From positions 672,001 through 736,000 of the forward strand of contig CAXXFL010000007.1 of the NCBI GenBank assembly GCA_963674965.2: a DNA stretch of 64,000 nucleotides. The letters are read 5' to 3'. The stretch comes from a bacterium. GTDB taxonomy: Bacteria > RBG-13-61-14 > DATKZS01. The translations under genes were made by a program, and so were the position numbers. This document shows positions 61,881 through 64,000 of this stretch, one piece after another (within the stretch, counting starts at the first letter, position 1; the number at the start of each line of letters is the position of its first letter). The notes under the pieces were generated by a model. The model did not search any database and had not been told where the DNA came from. It saw nothing but the letters and a program-made list of their open reading frames with translations.

Positions 61881-63001
61881 GTAATAAAGGAAAAATCACG
61901 CCGGAGGATCGGGCGAGAATCCTTCTTCCCCTGCTGTTGCCCAAATCGCATGGACAGAGAAAGGATGAAGCCGAGTCGATACTGGGACAATCCGATTGGC
62001 TCAAAGCCGTGGGTGACGTGCATCTCGAGTCCGCCTTTTTTGCCTCTTTAAACGAATGGGGCCTGCTGGATAAATTGCGGCCGGAGATAAAGTCGAAGTT
62101 GGAATCGGCTTATAACGAAAACTCCGTCCGCCTTATGATTATCCAGGACCTTTTCGCCGAGGTCATAAAGACAATAAGTCCCCTTAAAAATCCCGCTCTC
62201 CTGTTAAAAGGCATCGGTTACTCTTACGAGCTTTACTCGGACCCGGCCGCCCGCTACGTGGGAGATATCGATATCATGCTGGGTCCGGACGATACCTGGC
62301 CCGCCATAGACAAGCTCACGGAAAAAGGATACCTGCGCCTGAAGCCTCCTCCCAAGAGGGGCGGGCTTATTAATATGCTGGTCTGGGCCGTGGGACTGGG
62401 GGTCCCCTATCAGCGGATGCTTCTTAAGATGAAAGGCCCCCAGGAGGAAAAGGAGACCGTGTTCGAGGCCAAGGCCGGCGGGTTGAAATTGCTTATCGAG
62501 GTACACCACGGACTGATTAATTTGCGGCCGGGCTCGGGCAAGGAAAAGGTCTTTCACGCCGAGGCGGATACGTCTTTCTCCACGCGGCCATTAACTCTGG
62601 ACGGTATAGAGGTACAGGTGCTCGACTATGAGGACGCCTTTATCCACGCCCTAAGGCATCTGGCCCTGCATCACCGTTTCATCGGTCTTCGTTGGCATCA
62701 GGACCTTGCCCTTATGCTGATCAAATGGGGCGACAAGCTCGATCCGGACTCTCTTTACGCCAAGTTCGAGAAGACCAACTCGACAAAAATACTTCGCGTG
62801 GAATTATCCATTCTGGAAGAGCTTTTCGGGTCGTCACTGTTCAAGGACCTTGACCCAGAAAAATGGTTTAAAGGCGATCTTCCCTTCGAGTACCCCTTTT
62901 ACAGGCGGGTGGCTTTCGGCGGGAAGCGCACTCCCATGCGGGAGCTTGTCAGGACCTTGTTGGCTCCAAGCTGGAAGGAAATGATCCGGACCCTCTTCTA
63001 A
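61877..63001 (+). CDS. Nucleotidyltransferase, NTP_transf_5-like
   Basis: LLLKG, Y...AARYVGDIDI, IEVHH, HLALH and WHQDL motifs. TTGA coupling to the RRE stop. Confidence 0.82.
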   Translation: MSNKGKITPEDRARILLPLLLPKSHGQRKDEAESILGQSDWLKAVGDVHLESAFFASLNEWGLLDKLRPEIKSKLESAYNENSVRLMIIQDLFAEVIKTISPLKNPALLLKGIGYSYELYSDPAARYVGDIDIMLGPDDTWPAIDKLTEKGYLRLKPPPKRGGLINMLVWAVGLGVPYQRMLLKMKGPQEEKETVFEAKAGGLKLLIEVHHGLINLRPGSGKEKVFHAEADTSFSTRPLTLDGIEVQVLDYEDAFIHALRHLALHHRFIGLRWHQDLALMLIKWGDKLDPDSLYAKFEKTNSTKILRVELSILEELFGSSLFKDLDPEKWFKGDLPFEYPFYRRVAFGGKRTPMRELVRTLLAPSWKEMIRTLF

Positions 63002-63121
63002 TCCACGAGGATGGCCTCGAAAGCTTGCCGCAAAGGATGTTTTTTGACTAACCGATCTTAACTAAAGTACAATATTAACGGTTGCCGTTTGTTAAGCGCT
63101 AGAGTAGTTTTCTTTGTCGCC

Positions 63122-64000
63122 ATGACTTCAAAAATAAAAAGATTCGTCTCCGATCCCGAGGGCAGGGTAAAGAGTATCCTGCAAAGGGGCGGTCCCGGGC
63201 AACGTTTCGACCTCTTTGGAATTCATATAAATCTTTTCACCGACTCCGAAAGGATAAGCGAGGAAGCAAGGCTTTTTTTAGGCTCACACGCGGCAAACTC
63301 GGGAGGTCGGGGATTCGACTTGTTTCTCAAGGAACTGACGGGGAAGGAAGGCGGGGAGCTTGCCGGTTCCCTGGTGGAAGAAGGCTTTAAGGCCCTACCC
63401 GTGGAGCACGGAGACCTCTTCATTACCACCGAGGGGGCCGCGCTTCTGGATACAAAAGAGAAAATCGCGGTCGGATCGGTCCTTGGCCGTCAGGAAAAGG
63501 GCGGGCCCAAAAAGGCGGCGTCAACCGTCTCCCTTTTGCATCTTCTGGCGCTGAGGATCATGGCCGGCCAGGGGTTCTTGCCCCTCCACGCCTCGGCGGT
63601 CCGGACTGAAAAAGGAGCGCTTGTCATGACCGGTGACTCAGGGGCGGGTAAGAGTAGCCTGTCCATAGCCCTTCACCGGCTGGGCATGCCCCTTTTAGCG
63701 GACGACCTGGTTTATCTTCACCTCTCGAGCGAAGGTCCCCTGGTGGGGGGACATTGCCAGCCGGCAAAACTTCTTTTATCCGACATGACTCCCGAGTTCG
63801 AGCCCCACCTGGCGCCCGAGCTCAACGCCAGGGTGGCCGGGAAAAAACTGATCGACGTGAGGTCGCTGAACCCCGAGTGCGCCAACGCGCTTTTTCCCGT
63901 CGAGGCCGTCATTTTCATCTCGAGCGAAAAGTCGGGTTCCCTCGAGGCCGCGCCTTTTTCCCATTCCGAGGCGATATTCCGCCTGCTCGATAGTTTTACC
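63122..64000 (+). CDS. HPr kinase-like P-loop kinase, partial (3' end outside window, absent from the ORF track)
   Basis: Reading from ATG 63122: MTSKIKRF...FLPLHASAV...GDSGAGKSSL...LLADDLV. Confidence 0.85.
   Translation, partial: MTSKIKRFVSDPEGRVKSILQRGGPGQRFDLFGIHINLFTDSERISEEARLFLGSHAANSGGRGFDLFLKELTGKEGGELAGSLVEEGFKALPVEHGDLFITTEGAALLDTKEKIAVGSVLGRQEKGGPKKAASTVSLLHLLALRIMAGQGFLPLHASAVRTEKGALVMTGDSGAGKSSLSIALHRLGMPLLADDLVYLHLSSEGPLVGGHCQPAKLLLSDMTPEFEPHLAPELNARVAGKKLIDVRSLNPECANALFPVEAVIFISSEKSGSLEAAPFSHSEAIFRLLDSFT

Overview
GC-rich chromosomal segment with deltaproteobacterial-type gene content (Myxococcota/Desulfobacterota-like by inference), about 45 CDS. It holds a tgl/PilF-RodZ-peptidase block, a cobalamin riboswitch with btuB and a beta-propeller lipoprotein, and an amino-sugar/aminocyclitol operon (GH4, BtrR/StsC-like aminotransferase, BadF kinase, Gfo/Idh/MocA). 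It also holds a Phd-RelE toxin-antitoxin pair, a cNMP/4Fe-4S-cytochrome b-multiheme cytochrome c operon, guaB-guaA-dnaE and an lpxD-linked glycosyltransferase cluster. The strongest candidate for a new system is at the right edge. An unannotated 28-aa ORF (MEYTTPTLKEHGKLKTTAAESTTVTYYW, 61205-61291) has a lasso-type YxxPxLxxxG leader but a core that cannot form a lasso ring. It is followed by a structured RNA spacer, a PqqD/RRE, an NTP_transf_5-like nucleotidyltransferase and an HPr-kinase-like ORF that runs off the window. Other notable signals are a 1.5-kb low-GC insertion bracketed by a 72-bp duplicated gene 3' end that differs almost only at synonymous sites, three families of REP-like inverted doublets, a MITE-like element, and frequent CTCGAG. 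No tRNA, rRNA, CRISPR array, transposase or integrase was recognised. All product calls come from motif recognition by eye, not database searches.
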